DNA of 64,000 nt, taken from the NCBI GenBank assembly GCA_965216755.1, contig CBDCGL010000011.1, forward strand, positions 1,152,001 to 1,216,000, given 5' to 3'. The DNA is from Alphaproteobacteria bacterium (GTDB lineage: Bacteria > Pseudomonadota > Alphaproteobacteria > UBA7887). A model generated the notes under the pieces. The model was not told where the DNA came from. It saw only the letters and a list, made by a program, of their open reading frames with translations, and did no database searches. The stretch's first letter is position 1; every line of letters starts with the position of its first letter. Made by a program: the position numbers and the translations under genes. Of this stretch, positions 19,828-29,690 are shown piece after piece.

Positions 19828-20846
19828 TGCAGATCGTCAATCCCTACGCCCTGCTGCTTTTGCCGGCGGTTCCGCTGCTGTTTTGGTTGGTACAGCGCGC
19901 CGGCAAGATAGCGGCTGTTTCCCATTCCACTGTTGGCGAACTCGCACGAGTGCGTCCGACATGGGCGGTGCGCCTGAGGCGTGTCCTGCCTTTCCTGCGC
20001 GCTATCGCGATGATCTTGTTGGTCTTGGCCTTGGCGCGGCCCCAGTGGGGCATCGAAACCACCCGCATTTATCGCGAAGGCATCGCCGTTACCATGGTGG
20101 TCGACATTTCAAGCAGCATGGGTGCGGTCGACCTGAAGATAGGCGACGAAACGGCAAACCGCCTGGACGTGGTCAAGACCACGTTCAAAGCATTTATTGA
20201 GGGCGAAGGCGACGACCTTGGCGGCCGCGAGGGCGACCTGATCGGAATGGTCACTTTTGCGCGGTTTCCGGATGCCCTGAGCCCGCTGACGCTCGATCAC
20301 GAGGCTCTACTCAATTTGCTTGAGGAAGTCGCGATTGTCGAACTTGCCGAAGAAGATGGCACCGCGATTGGCGACGCTATCATACTTGGCATCGACCGCC
20401 TGCGGCGCACGTCGGGCGCAAGCCGGGTCATGATCATGTTGACCGACGGCAGCAACAACGCGGGTGATACCGATCCGGTGCAGGCCGCCCAAATCGCCAA
20501 GGCGTTGGGCATTCGCATCTACACGATTGGTGCCGGCACCCGTGGTACGGCCATGATACCGGTGCGCGAGAATGGTGTAAGCGAGATGCGGCCGACACAG
20601 GTTTTCATCGACGAACACACGCTCCGACAGATCGCGACCAACACCGGAGGCGCCTATTACCGGGCGACCGACGCGGACGCGTTGCGGACGATCTATGCTG
20701 AGATTGATCGCATGGAAAAAGGCACCCACGTTGCTGAGAGCTATCAACAATATACCGAGCTGTTCCCGTACCTGGTGGCACTGGCGCTGCTGTTGGTGCT
20801 GATCGAATTTGTTCTGCGCGCGACGCGATTGAGAACGGTGCCATAG
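19827..20846 (+). CDS. VWA domain membrane protein (BatA/MxaC-like)
   Basis: LALARPQWG, MIDAS DISSSM, GTAIGDAI, LTDGSNN. Confidence 0.9.
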   Translation: MQIVNPYALLLLPAVPLLFWLVQRAGKIAAVSHSTVGELARVRPTWAVRLRRVLPFLRAIAMILLVLALARPQWGIETTRIYREGIAVTMVVDISSSMGAVDLKIGDETANRLDVVKTTFKAFIEGEGDDLGGREGDLIGMVTFARFPDALSPLTLDHEALLNLLEEVAIVELAEEDGTAIGDAIILGIDRLRRTSGASRVMIMLTDGSNNAGDTDPVQAAQIAKALGIRIYTIGAGTRGTAMIPVRENGVSEMRPTQVFIDEHTLRQIATNTGGAYYRATDADALRTIYAEIDRMEKGTHVAESYQQYTELFPYLVALALLLVLIEFVLRATRLRTVP

Positions 20847-20860
20847 GGGGCGACCAAACC

Positions 20861-21886
20861 ATGGCATTCGTGACGCCGATTTTTGCATTCATATTGTTGT
20901 TGGTACCGGTCTTGCTTTACCTGCACGCGCGCGCGGTTCGGAAACGACGCGCGGCGATCGCCGCAATTGCTGACCCGGGGCCAGGCCGCGCGATGGTGCC
21001 GGACGTCGACGCGCGCCAGGCTTGGCTGCGGGCGGGATGCATGATTACAGCGGTCGCCATGTTGGGTATCGCGATGATGGAGCCGCAATGGGGACGCGAT
21101 CGGACGGATGTCGCGCGCCAGGGTCGGGATATCATGGTACTGCTTGACGTGTCATTGAGCATGTTGGCCGAGGACGCCGAGACCAACCGCCTGGAAAGCG
21201 CCAAGACGTCCATCCGCGATATGGTTCAGGCGATGCGCGAAGATGGTGGCCATCGCGTCGGCTTGATCGCATTTGCCGGTCGTGCCGGTCTGCATTGTCC
21301 CATAAGTCGCGATTACAGGTTCTTTCTGCAACGACTTGATGAAGCGGATCCGCCGAGCGTGCCGCTCAAAGGGACGGTCATTGGCGACGCCATTCGTCAG
21401 GCGCTGTACGGCTTCGGCGAACTCGCCCCCGAATACACTGACCTGATTTTGGTCACTGACGGCGAAGACCACGATGGGCTGGCACTCGACGCCGCGCAAA
21501 GCGCGGCCGACGAGGGCGTCTCAATCCACACTGTCGGCATTGGCGATCCGGGCCGGGGGGCACCAATCCCGATCTCGAATCGCGATGGAACGCGCTCAAC
21601 CCTGAAAGTTGACCAGTTCGAGGTCAAGTCGACCATGCAACAGGGCCTGCTCCTGGAAATCGCGCGCCTGACAGACGGAGAATACGTTCACGCCGGAACC
21701 GGCGCCGCGGATCTGGTTGGGCTCTATAAGGAGCGAATCGCGCCCAAACCTGGTCGCGACGTGGGCGGTACCCACGACGAACGACGCGCGCATCGGTATT
21801 ATTGGTTTGTGGCGATTGGGTTGCTCTTACTTGGCGTCGAGCTCGTCTTGTCCCATCGCCGCCTCCGGTCGCAGGGAGCGATTTGA
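20861..21886 (+). CDS. VWA domain membrane protein (BatB/MxaL-like)
   Basis: PQWG, MIDAS DVSLSMLAED, GLIAFAG, VTDGEDH. Confidence 0.9.
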   Translation: MAFVTPIFAFILLLVPVLLYLHARAVRKRRAAIAAIADPGPGRAMVPDVDARQAWLRAGCMITAVAMLGIAMMEPQWGRDRTDVARQGRDIMVLLDVSLSMLAEDAETNRLESAKTSIRDMVQAMREDGGHRVGLIAFAGRAGLHCPISRDYRFFLQRLDEADPPSVPLKGTVIGDAIRQALYGFGELAPEYTDLILVTDGEDHDGLALDAAQSAADEGVSIHTVGIGDPGRGAPIPISNRDGTRSTLKVDQFEVKSTMQQGLLLEIARLTDGEYVHAGTGAADLVGLYKERIAPKPGRDVGGTHDERRAHRYYWFVAIGLLLLGVELVLSHRRLRSQGAI

Positions 21887-22722
21887 TGATGTCGCCAATC
21901 ACCCGACAAAGTGTCGGCGCTCTGTTCGTTCTATTGGTCCTGGCCGGCTTTACGTCGAGCGACATGGCTTACGAGGCGATCCCGCGTGGCAATGAATTTT
22001 ATGCCATTGGCGAATACAGCGCGGCGGCTGAACAATATGCGATCGCGGCGGCCGGACTGCCCGATAAACCCGAGATTCGCTTCAATCAGGGTGCTGCGTT
22101 CTTCAAATTGCATGACAACACCAAGGCCGTCGAACACTTCGCGCTGGCGTTGGGTGCCGACGACACAAAGCTACAGGCGCAGGCTCGCTATAACATCGGC
22201 AATGTCCGTTACGAAATCGCGCTCATTTCCATGAACACCTATCAAGACGCGGTCACGCCACTCAAGGAGGCGATTGGTCACTATCGCGATGCCCTGAGCC
22301 TCGATCCGGGATTCGAAGACGCAAGATACAATTTGGAGCTCGCCCACCGATTGCTTAAGCAGCTCCAGGATCAGAACGTGTTGCCTCAACCCAATCCTGA
22401 GATTCGCAATCAGCAAGCATCCCAGAATCGCGGCCAGACTTTTGATGACGATTCGGTCACGGACCGTGCCACAGAGGAAGACGCAGAGCGCGGCGATTCA
22501 GACGAACCACAAGGTCAACAGGGTGAACAGACAGGCAGTCAAAGCGGCCAATCAAGCACCCAAGCCGAAGCACCCAAAGCAGCCTCTCAGCAAGAACTTT
22601 CGCCGCAAGAGGCGGAACAGATGGTTGATATCATTCGCAATCGCGCACGCGCGGCCCAAGAAAAACGGGACCAATGGCGACAAGCACGTATGCGCGAGGC
22701 GAAGGTTGAAAAGATTTGGTAG
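21886..22722 (+). CDS. TPR protein with Gln-rich tail (BatC/MxaK-like)
   Basis: ARYNIGN, DARYNLELA TPR motifs, Q/E-rich low-complexity tail, C-terminal EKIW; stop-start overlap with upstream gene. Confidence 0.85.
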   Translation: MMSPITRQSVGALFVLLVLAGFTSSDMAYEAIPRGNEFYAIGEYSAAAEQYAIAAAGLPDKPEIRFNQGAAFFKLHDNTKAVEHFALALGADDTKLQAQARYNIGNVRYEIALISMNTYQDAVTPLKEAIGHYRDALSLDPGFEDARYNLELAHRLLKQLQDQNVLPQPNPEIRNQQASQNRGQTFDDDSVTDRATEEDAERGDSDEPQGQQGEQTGSQSGQSSTQAEAPKAASQQELSPQEAEQMVDIIRNRARAAQEKRDQWRQARMREAKVEKIW

Positions 22723-22747
22723 CGCGACCGGGCGTCAATGGCTCCGA

Positions 22748-23287
22748 TCAGCGCTTGTCGCCGAGTTGAATCGACAGATTCTTGGTACCAAGCGGAACGA
22801 TATCGGGCGAGCGTCCGGCGAGTTCGCCGTCAGCGATTGACAAGATATCGTTATCTTTGTCGGTAAAGACCTCGACCACATATGCGTCCCACTTGGCGCG
22901 TCGGTTCATGTCCATCGCGGGACCGATTTGAAATGTCATTGGTAACGCTGGCGCATCCACAATCTGATATCGGACATCAAGCTCGACATCGTCACCTGGT
23001 CGGAAAAGCTTGATAATCAATCGATCGCCGGGCTCAAAGTGGTGTGCAAGGTCGGGCGCAAGGGCGATTTCGCCTTCGATAAGCGGATCGTCGTCCATTT
23101 CGGCGGCGACGGCGCCGCAATATCCCAAGGCAATGACCACGCTCGCCGCAGCGGTCAACAGGGCCCACACGCCCAACTGGCTCATTCGAGTCATTTCGCC
23201 CATTGGAACCACGGGGCTGCCCCACCGGTTTGTCCGCAAGTCACCAGAGCGCTTTGTACTGCGATTCCAAATGATCCGATAGGTCAC
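22748..23287 (-). CDS. Periplasmic protein resembling the C-terminal domain of CcmI/CycH
   Basis: Signal peptide then IEGEIAL.P...GDRLII...LPMTFQIGPAMDM pattern; last gene of the PQQ-DH operon. Confidence 0.5.
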   Translation of the reverse strand: MTYRIIWNRSTKRSGDLRTNRWGSPVVPMGEMTRMSQLGVWALLTAAASVVIALGYCGAVAAEMDDDPLIEGEIALAPDLAHHFEPGDRLIIKLFRPGDDVELDVRYQIVDAPALPMTFQIGPAMDMNRRAKWDAYVVEVFTDKDNDILSIADGELAGRSPDIVPLGTKNLSIQLGDKR

Positions 23288-23760
23288 TGATAATATTCGC
23301 TCAAATCGCGAAGATTATCCATGTGAGTCCATCCGGCGAATGTTACGCGATTCATGCGCCGATGCAGGAACTCGACTTTCTTGTAGAATTCGATTGTGAA
23401 CGAGACCTTGACAAATTCGTCGGCATTTCCGTCACGCGCCAATATTTGGACGAAGGGCTGCATCAAGTCCTCGATATCGTCGTCATCGACATACATGCAC
23501 TTCTGCGCGTCATAGAGCTCTTTTTTCAACCCACTGATACCGAGTCCTTTTTCCCGCAGATCCTGGGCCGATTCGGCCGCGTGGCCATAATCGTCGGGCG
23601 TCGCACAAATCCAGGTCGGGCGCGTGAAGGTATAGGGATCGCCAGCCGCAACAGCCGTCGATTGCCAGAGGCCCATCACCACGACGAATAGACTGAATCG
23701 CAACATCTCGAATGCCCTTCCCTTTGACCTGACCAATCGGCTTGCCCGGTGCCGCCACAA
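23284..23760 (-). CDS. Secreted hypothetical protein with two Cys
   Basis: Signal peptide MLRFSLFVVVMGLWQSTAVAA; WICAT and KCMY; tightly packed in operon. Confidence 0.65.
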   Translation of the reverse strand: MWRHRASRLVRSKGRAFEMLRFSLFVVVMGLWQSTAVAAGDPYTFTRPTWICATPDDYGHAAESAQDLREKGLGISGLKKELYDAQKCMYVDDDDIEDLMQPFVQILARDGNADEFVKVSFTIEFYKKVEFLHRRMNRVTFAGWTHMDNLRDLSEYYQ

Positions 23761-23788
23761 GATGCAACCAGCGTATCACATCGTTGGT

Positions 23789-24229
23789 CTATCGGGTCCA
23801 GCGGGCGCCTTCAATCGCCAAGGTCTCCAAATACGCGCCGATCTGGTTGATCTCTTCCTCGGTCAAAACTCCACCCCACGGCGGCATCTGCTTTTTCGTG
23901 CGGCCATTCAGCACAACGATCATGTATTCTGGGTAGCCGCGCCAAAACTTCCGCAAATCGGCCGCGTATTTGCCAAATCTTGATTCCCCGTTGGCCTGGG
24001 CGCCGTGACAAGCCGCACACCACTTGAAATACAATCCCAAACCGGCCTCGATGGCCTCTTCGTTGCCCGCCAGGGGGTTCGCGTCAGGATACGCATCCGC
24101 CGGATCGTCGGCCGCCATCGCCTGAGAACCTGATAGACCCGAAATCACCACAATAGCGGCTGTCAAAAAAATGCCGCACGCAACACGCGCGGACCAAGAC
24201 TTCGTCGTCACGCCCAAACTCCTTAGCAT
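23789..24229 (-). CDS. Monoheme c-type cytochrome, likely electron acceptor of the PQQ dehydrogenase
   Basis: Signal peptide, NPLAGNEEAIEAG, CAACH, distal QMPPW. Confidence 0.92.
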   Translation of the reverse strand: MLRSLGVTTKSWSARVACGIFLTAAIVVISGLSGSQAMAADDPADAYPDANPLAGNEEAIEAGLGLYFKWCAACHGAQANGESRFGKYAADLRKFWRGYPEYMIVVLNGRTKKQMPPWGGVLTEEEINQIGAYLETLAIEGARWTR

Positions 24230-24260
24230 TCAGTCGTCTTGCCTGTCTTCACAAATAAGA

Positions 24261-24289
24261 GGGCAAGGGGTGGATTTCACCCCTTGCCC
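24261..24289 (-). terminator. Intra-operon hairpin/partial terminator after the PQQ dehydrogenase
   Basis: Perfect 12-bp stem GGGCAAGGGGTG / CACCCCTTGCCC with 5-nt loop, followed on minus strand by TCTTATTTGT. Confidence 0.7.
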
Positions 24290-24323
24290 CATGACTTCCG
24301 AGAAAGTCTTGCGATACGTTCGT

Positions 24324-26096
24324 CTAGTTGAGAGCAAACCCAATAATCGCGGAACTTTCTTGATAGTTAACCAGCTTGTCTTTGTTCAAGCTGTCAACCG
24401 CACGGCCAACATATGAACCATGGCCAGATGCAACCGCGACAAATTGCTTGCCGTCGACCGCATACGACACGATGCCGCCATTGTGACCGGACCCATTGTT
24501 GAAGCTCCACAGCACATCACCGGTGTTGCCGTCGATCGCTTCGACGAAACCGTCGGTGGTGGCGTTGAACAGCAGGCCACTGCCCGTGGTCATCAGCGCC
24601 GAGTGCGGGATAACTTCGTAGCGTTTTTCCCAAGCCAACTCACCAGTCACAGGATTACGCGCGGTGATGAAGCCATGGGTCGTGTCGCCCGGAGGATTGG
24701 TGCCGATCCATTCGGCGGCCATGAAGGCTTGTGCAAACGGCTCGGTGGTTCGCGATTCCGAACCGGCCGTAATCGTCGTGCCGCCCTCTTTCGGCTGCAC
24801 GGTCAACCACATGCACCATTCCTGCGCGACGCGATAGAACAGGCCGGTGACCGGGCTATATGCGCCGGCGTTCCAGCTGTGACCACCGTCGATCGCCGGG
24901 CATACCAGAGTCTTCTCGCCAGCTTTCGGCCACAACATGTTTTCCCACTGGCCGGTCTCAAGGTTGAAGCCGGTGGTCCAGTTATAGGATTTCATGTCCG
25001 GATAGACGTTCACCGGCTGGCCGGTGGCGCGGTCGTGGACATGGTTGAAGCCATTCTTACCCGGATGCAGAACGAGTTTCCGGCCGTCGTCACCCTCGAT
25101 CATGACATATTCGCCCGGTGCGGCGTCATAGTCATAGGGATCGCTTGGGGCTTCTTGGAAATACCAATTCAGCTTACCGGTATCGAGATCCAGCGCGATG
25201 GTTGACGAGGTGTATAGATTGTCACCCGGCCGCCAGGCGTCGGTGTTTGGATCGCGGCAGGTATCGCCGCAATAGTCATAGTCGGGGTTCGGGTTGCCGG
25301 TGCCGATAAAAATCTGGTTGTTCTCATAGTCAACCGTGCCCGGTTGCCAAGAACCACCGCCGCCATACTTCCACGAATCGCCGCCCCACGTTGCGAGCGC
25401 TTCCGGATCGTCACGTCCGGTGGTGGAGAACGTCCACTTGACATCGCCATTGTTCGGATCGATGCCGTAGATCAAACCCTCAACCGGATACTCACCGCCG
25501 TTCATGCCCATAACCAGCAGGTCTGAGCTGACAAAGGTTGCCGCGCCGCTAAAGCCTGCTGTCAGAGTGGCGGAATCGACGATTTGCTTATCCCAAATGA
25601 CTGAACCGTCGTTTTCGTCAAGTGCGGCAATGCGACCATCGGCCGTGCCCATGTAAACCCGACCATCGCCAATGGAGAGGCCGCGCGCATGCGCAAAGAA
25701 CGACCTTGACACAACGGCTTCATCCATCTCAGGCACCCAGGCCCAAAGACGTTCGCCGGTCGCTGCGTCAATTTTCCAAACGGTCGACGGGTTGGTGGCG
25801 ATATACATGGCGCCATCGACGACCACGGGCGTGCTGTGCAAGCCCATACGGACTTCACCCGGCTGGAAGATCCAGGCCGGCCGCAGATTCTGCACGTTAT
25901 CGGCGTTGATTTGATCCAACGGGCTATGACGCCACGCCTTATCCACCGACCGATGATACGCACACCAGTTCTCCGCGGGACAATTCTTGATGTTCTCCGC
26001 GGATGAGTCAGCCAATGCGGCCGGCGCCGAGTAGAACCCGGCGGCCGCAACCACGCAAGCCGATGCTAGTAGCTGTTTATCCAGCCTAAATGGCAT
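24324..26096 (-). CDS. PQQ-dependent alcohol dehydrogenase-like quinoprotein (lanthanide-type motif)
   Basis: Signal peptide, RHSPLDQINADNV.NL, TPVVVDG, GGEY, GGGSWQ, GTGNPNP, PGDNLYT, DPYDYD; GGAGG RBS. Confidence 0.92.
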   Translation of the reverse strand: MPFRLDKQLLASACVVAAAGFYSAPAALADSSAENIKNCPAENWCAYHRSVDKAWRHSPLDQINADNVQNLRPAWIFQPGEVRMGLHSTPVVVDGAMYIATNPSTVWKIDAATGERLWAWVPEMDEAVVSRSFFAHARGLSIGDGRVYMGTADGRIAALDENDGSVIWDKQIVDSATLTAGFSGAATFVSSDLLVMGMNGGEYPVEGLIYGIDPNNGDVKWTFSTTGRDDPEALATWGGDSWKYGGGGSWQPGTVDYENNQIFIGTGNPNPDYDYCGDTCRDPNTDAWRPGDNLYTSSTIALDLDTGKLNWYFQEAPSDPYDYDAAPGEYVMIEGDDGRKLVLHPGKNGFNHVHDRATGQPVNVYPDMKSYNWTTGFNLETGQWENMLWPKAGEKTLVCPAIDGGHSWNAGAYSPVTGLFYRVAQEWCMWLTVQPKEGGTTITAGSESRTTEPFAQAFMAAEWIGTNPPGDTTHGFITARNPVTGELAWEKRYEVIPHSALMTTGSGLLFNATTDGFVEAIDGNTGDVLWSFNNGSGHNGGIVSYAVDGKQFVAVASGHGSYVGRAVDSLNKDKLVNYQESSAIIGFALN

Positions 26097-26579
26097 TAGA
26101 AGTTTCCTCCCGCATAAGTGCCAGTCAGCCTTGTTGGGTAAACGGCCCAATCAAGGCAAGGGTGATGGCACGTGGCCTCACACATGGCCGCGTGCCACCA
26201 AATGCCGGTCGTCTGGAGAGGATTGACGCTCTGCTCTCGATGGTTTCGATCGTCAACGCGCAAATACCAACTCTGCAGGCGCAGTGCATACCCAATCTCT
26301 TGCTCGCACCAAAACTGTTTTGGTGCCCACAAGCACGACACAAGGTCGCGTATTAGGGACTAGAACCTCTTGTCCGATAAACCGGCAACCGACGGAAAGC
26401 TCGCTCAATCCGTCAAGCTACCGATAATGATGAACAAAGATCTGGTTACGGTCAATCAAAGTTGTACGCTACCAGCCAAGTGTGGCTTGCATTGCACGAA
26501 GGCGATAATCCAAAGGTCGTGCCACACTTTTCCCGCGACCCGGGTTTCGCGGGACCATCGTCAAAACGCGGCAGCGCGC

Positions 26580-27635
26580 TCAGGCAACAAGCCGCGGTGC
26601 CGCCGCCAAGCGCGCTTGCGCCATCGCGACGGCGATATCTGCGGTCGCACAATTTTCGGCGTCAGCTTTGGCGAAAACGCTTTCGAGCGTATCGGCGATG
26701 CCGCGCACGCGCTGCGCAACCCGGGCCGCATCGTGGTGGCCCAACATCTCCCCCGCGGCATTGATGATTCCGCCCGCGTTGATGACGAAATCAGGCGCAT
26801 ACAAGATCCGCCGTTTGTGCAATGCACGACCAATACTGGGTTCAGCGAGCTGATTGTTCGCTGCGCCCGCGACAATCGGCGCCTTCAGCAGTCGGACTGT
26901 ATCCGCATTCAAAACCCCGCCGAGCGCACATGGCGCAAAGACATCGACATCTGCGCAGATAATGTTGTCGACTGGCAGGACTTGCGCGCCAAAGTGCTGA
27001 GACACTCGCGCGGACTTATCTGGGTCGATATCCGCAACAGTCAGTTGCGCGCCCGCTTCGTTCAACATTTGGCACAGGCGCCCGCCGACATTGCCGAGCC
27101 CCAATACCGCGACGCGCACGCCCGCGAGGGATGCGAGTCCGAGCTTGTGGCGGACCGCGGCTTGAATTCCAAAAAAGACACCGCGCGCCGTGAGCGGAGA
27201 TGGATCGCCGCTCGCTTGGGAACCTTTTGCGAGTCCCGCGACATGGCGGGTCGCGGCGTGTATTTGAGCCATATCGGCAGTCGTTGTGCCGACGTCTTCC
27301 GCGCATACATAACTACCGCCCAACGTATTCACGGCGCGGCCAAATGCGGCGAGCAAAGCCGGCGACTTGTCCGTCTTGGGGTCGCCGATGATGACCGATT
27401 TGCCGCCGCCGATCGGCAGACCGGCCATGACGTTCTTGAGGGTCATGCCCTGCGAGAGTCGGAGAACGTCGGTCAGAGCGTCTTCGGAGTTTGCGTATGG
27501 ATAGAAGCGCACCCCGCCCATGGCAGGGCCCACTTTTGTCGAATGAATTGCGATGATCGCACGTAAGCCTGTTGATTGTTCGGACGTGAACACGACCCGT
27601 TCATGATCATCAAACGCTTGGTTTTCGAACAACAT
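26580..27635 (-). CDS. Leu/Phe/Val dehydrogenase
   Basis: GLRAIIAIHST..GPAMGG.R, GMTLKN, GGGKSVI, AEDVGT, GLGNVG, PCALGG, GAANNQL. Confidence 0.93.
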   Translation of the reverse strand: MLFENQAFDDHERVVFTSEQSTGLRAIIAIHSTKVGPAMGGVRFYPYANSEDALTDVLRLSQGMTLKNVMAGLPIGGGKSVIIGDPKTDKSPALLAAFGRAVNTLGGSYVCAEDVGTTTADMAQIHAATRHVAGLAKGSQASGDPSPLTARGVFFGIQAAVRHKLGLASLAGVRVAVLGLGNVGGRLCQMLNEAGAQLTVADIDPDKSARVSQHFGAQVLPVDNIICADVDVFAPCALGGVLNADTVRLLKAPIVAGAANNQLAEPSIGRALHKRRILYAPDFVINAGGIINAAGEMLGHHDAARVAQRVRGIADTLESVFAKADAENCATADIAVAMAQARLAAAPRLVA

Positions 27636-27798
27636 CTATCCAATCTCCGGTCTTCAAGTGATGCAGACCTGACGCCGAAAGAGGCCGGCGCAAGAACGAC
27701 CCAGGGATTTCTGAGCCCTTGCAGATTAGACAGTCTTAGCCGATATTTGTTGCCTAAGATTCACGGAAACCATCAAGAACTGAGATATTTATTCAAAA

Positions 27799-28296
27799 AT
27801 GGGCGAAGGAAAGAAAAAACATATCAGTTTGCTTGAGACTGACATTCGCATTCTCCGGCGCTTGCAGGAGGACTGCAGTATCTCCGTCGCGGATCTGGCC
27901 GAAAAACTTGCGATGTCGGCATCCAGTTGCTGGCGCCGAATTCAGGCCCTGACAGACAGCGGTATCATCAGTCGCCGCGTGGCGCTGGTCGACCGCAGGG
28001 CCGTTGAACTTAACTTCGTCGTATACGCATTCGTTAAGCTCGGTTCCGCCCATCGGCAAAACATAGACGCCTTTGAGACAGCCGTGCAGACCTGGCCTGA
28101 GGTCTTAGTTTGCGAATTGATCACCGGCGCCGCGGCGGACGTCCTTATAAAAGTCGTGACATCAGACATTGAAGCGTATGACGACTTCCTTCGCCACAAG
28201 CTGTTGTCGCTCGATTACGTGGCCGACGTGCAATCGAGAATCGTTGTTTCAACGATCAAAGAAACAACCGCGCTTCCGGTTACAGAATTCGAATGA
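27799..28296 (+). CDS. Lrp/AsnC family regulator, divergent from the amino-acid dehydrogenase
   Basis: DIRILRRLQED...LAEKLAMSASSCWRRIQAL...GII HTH; C-terminal RAM domain. Confidence 0.92.
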   Translation: MGEGKKKHISLLETDIRILRRLQEDCSISVADLAEKLAMSASSCWRRIQALTDSGIISRRVALVDRRAVELNFVVYAFVKLGSAHRQNIDAFETAVQTWPEVLVCELITGAAADVLIKVVTSDIEAYDDFLRHKLLSLDYVADVQSRIVVSTIKETTALPVTEFE

Positions 28297-28370
28297 CGGA
28301 TATAGCGAGCGCCGACCGGACTTTGTTGATACCGCTTCAGGCGATGCAAGTTCTTGAGTGGAGAATCACA

Positions 28371-29009
28371 ATGAATCGGATAGTCGTAACACTGACTGGC
28401 GGATTGGCACTGGCGGCGTTCGCGGCCGGTGCGCTTCCGGCCGCTGCGGCCGATCCCTACCACATGCGCGGCATGTTGACCGATCGCAGCGATATGGAAT
28501 TGACAATCGACGAGGGCGACGGCGTCGGCACGACAGTTATGCTAAACAAGGAGGCAGGAATATTCGCGGTCGAGCAAGCAAGATTGTCTGATATCCAACA
28601 GGGGCAATTCGTGGGGATCACGTCTATCGAGAAAGACGGCGTACGAATTGCCATCGAAGTGCACATCTTCGAAGAAGCGCTGCGCGGGCTTGCTGAGGGT
28701 CACTACCCCTGGGACTTGGTTGACGAACCCAACATGATGACCAATGCCAACGTTGCCCAGTTGGTCGAAACTGGAGATGGCCGAAAACTCACGGTTAGCT
28801 ATGTCGAAGGTTCAGGGGACGCCCGCACCGAAGGAACCCAAACGATTCTGGTGCCGCCCGACGCGACAATCGTGAACTTCTTTGCCGTCGGCCCAGAAAA
28901 ACTGGTACCCGGCGGCGACGTGTTTCTGCTTGCCATCGACAATGAAGACGGCACGACGACCAGCCCGGCCATCGTGGTCGGACAAAATGGCGTTACGCCG
29001 CCGATGTGA
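28371..29009 (+). CDS. Secreted hypothetical protein (DUF5666-like)
   Basis: Signal peptide; AIEVHIF...GEGHYPWDL-like ...MTNANV; C-terminal GVTPPM. Confidence 0.75.
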   Translation: MNRIVVTLTGGLALAAFAAGALPAAAADPYHMRGMLTDRSDMELTIDEGDGVGTTVMLNKEAGIFAVEQARLSDIQQGQFVGITSIEKDGVRIAIEVHIFEEALRGLAEGHYPWDLVDEPNMMTNANVAQLVETGDGRKLTVSYVEGSGDARTEGTQTILVPPDATIVNFFAVGPEKLVPGGDVFLLAIDNEDGTTTSPAIVVGQNGVTPPM

Positions 29010-29086
29010 ACTGGCCTTACCCACGCTGGCCCCCTGATCCGAGGTGATCGGGGGCCGACGTTCTTATGTACCGCGCCTGACGCCAA

Positions 29087-29563
29087 CTACTGGCCGCCGG
29101 CCCCTTCGTACACCGCATATTTCTTTAGATAGTCGATGACTTTAGCGCGTTCCTCAGGATCTTCGACACGTAGCACCATCGTCGAGCCAGAAACGAAGTC
29201 CTGTGAATTCGTCAGCCATAGATCGAGGGTCTCGTCGTCCCAGGCCCACCCAGTCGCCAGTTCTTGGAATGCTGGCGAGTAGGGATAACCTTCATATATC
29301 CCGGCCGGGCGACCGTATATGTCTTGCAAGCTTGGCCCAAGCGGCATCGTGACGACAAAGTGCAGCAAGGAATCCCGCTCACTGACCTGGTCTTCGTTGA
29401 TTCCGCCATGACATTTCGAACAGATTTTCAGGTAGAGTTCACGGTTTTCGGCGTCATCACCAAGGGCCGGTGTCGCGACAGTAAACGTGGCCATCGCAGC
29501 GGCCAGTCCCGATGCGTAGGAAACAATTCTCTGATAAACCGTAGTCACGCTTCTCTCCTTCAT
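29087..29563 (-). CDS. Class I c-type cytochrome (c2-like)
   Basis: Signal peptide, CSKCH, GPSL..IYGRPAG...YPYSPA, WDDETLDLWL, GSTM. Confidence 0.88.
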   Translation of the reverse strand: MKERSVTTVYQRIVSYASGLAAAMATFTVATPALGDDAENRELYLKICSKCHGGINEDQVSERDSLLHFVVTMPLGPSLQDIYGRPAGIYEGYPYSPAFQELATGWAWDDETLDLWLTNSQDFVSGSTMVLRVEDPEERAKVIDYLKKYAVYEGAGGQ

Positions 29564-29690
29564 GTGGCAAACGCATTAGGCACACGACCAATGTGTCATT
29601 CTATAATAATTTGAGGCGTGCGGTGACTGCCAATGCGAACCCGCCACGCCTGAACAGCAACTACGGCGTAGTTCGCAACGGATACGTACG

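Noticed and set aside
24324-26096. Naming the quinoprotein xoxF or mxaF
   Set aside because: Lacks the vicinal Cys-Cys and recognisable xoxJ/mxaI neighbours; only the family and D-x-D motif are supported
26370-27566. 398-aa plus-strand ORF
   Set aside because: Antisense shadow of the Leu/Phe/Val dehydrogenase with no recognisable motifs
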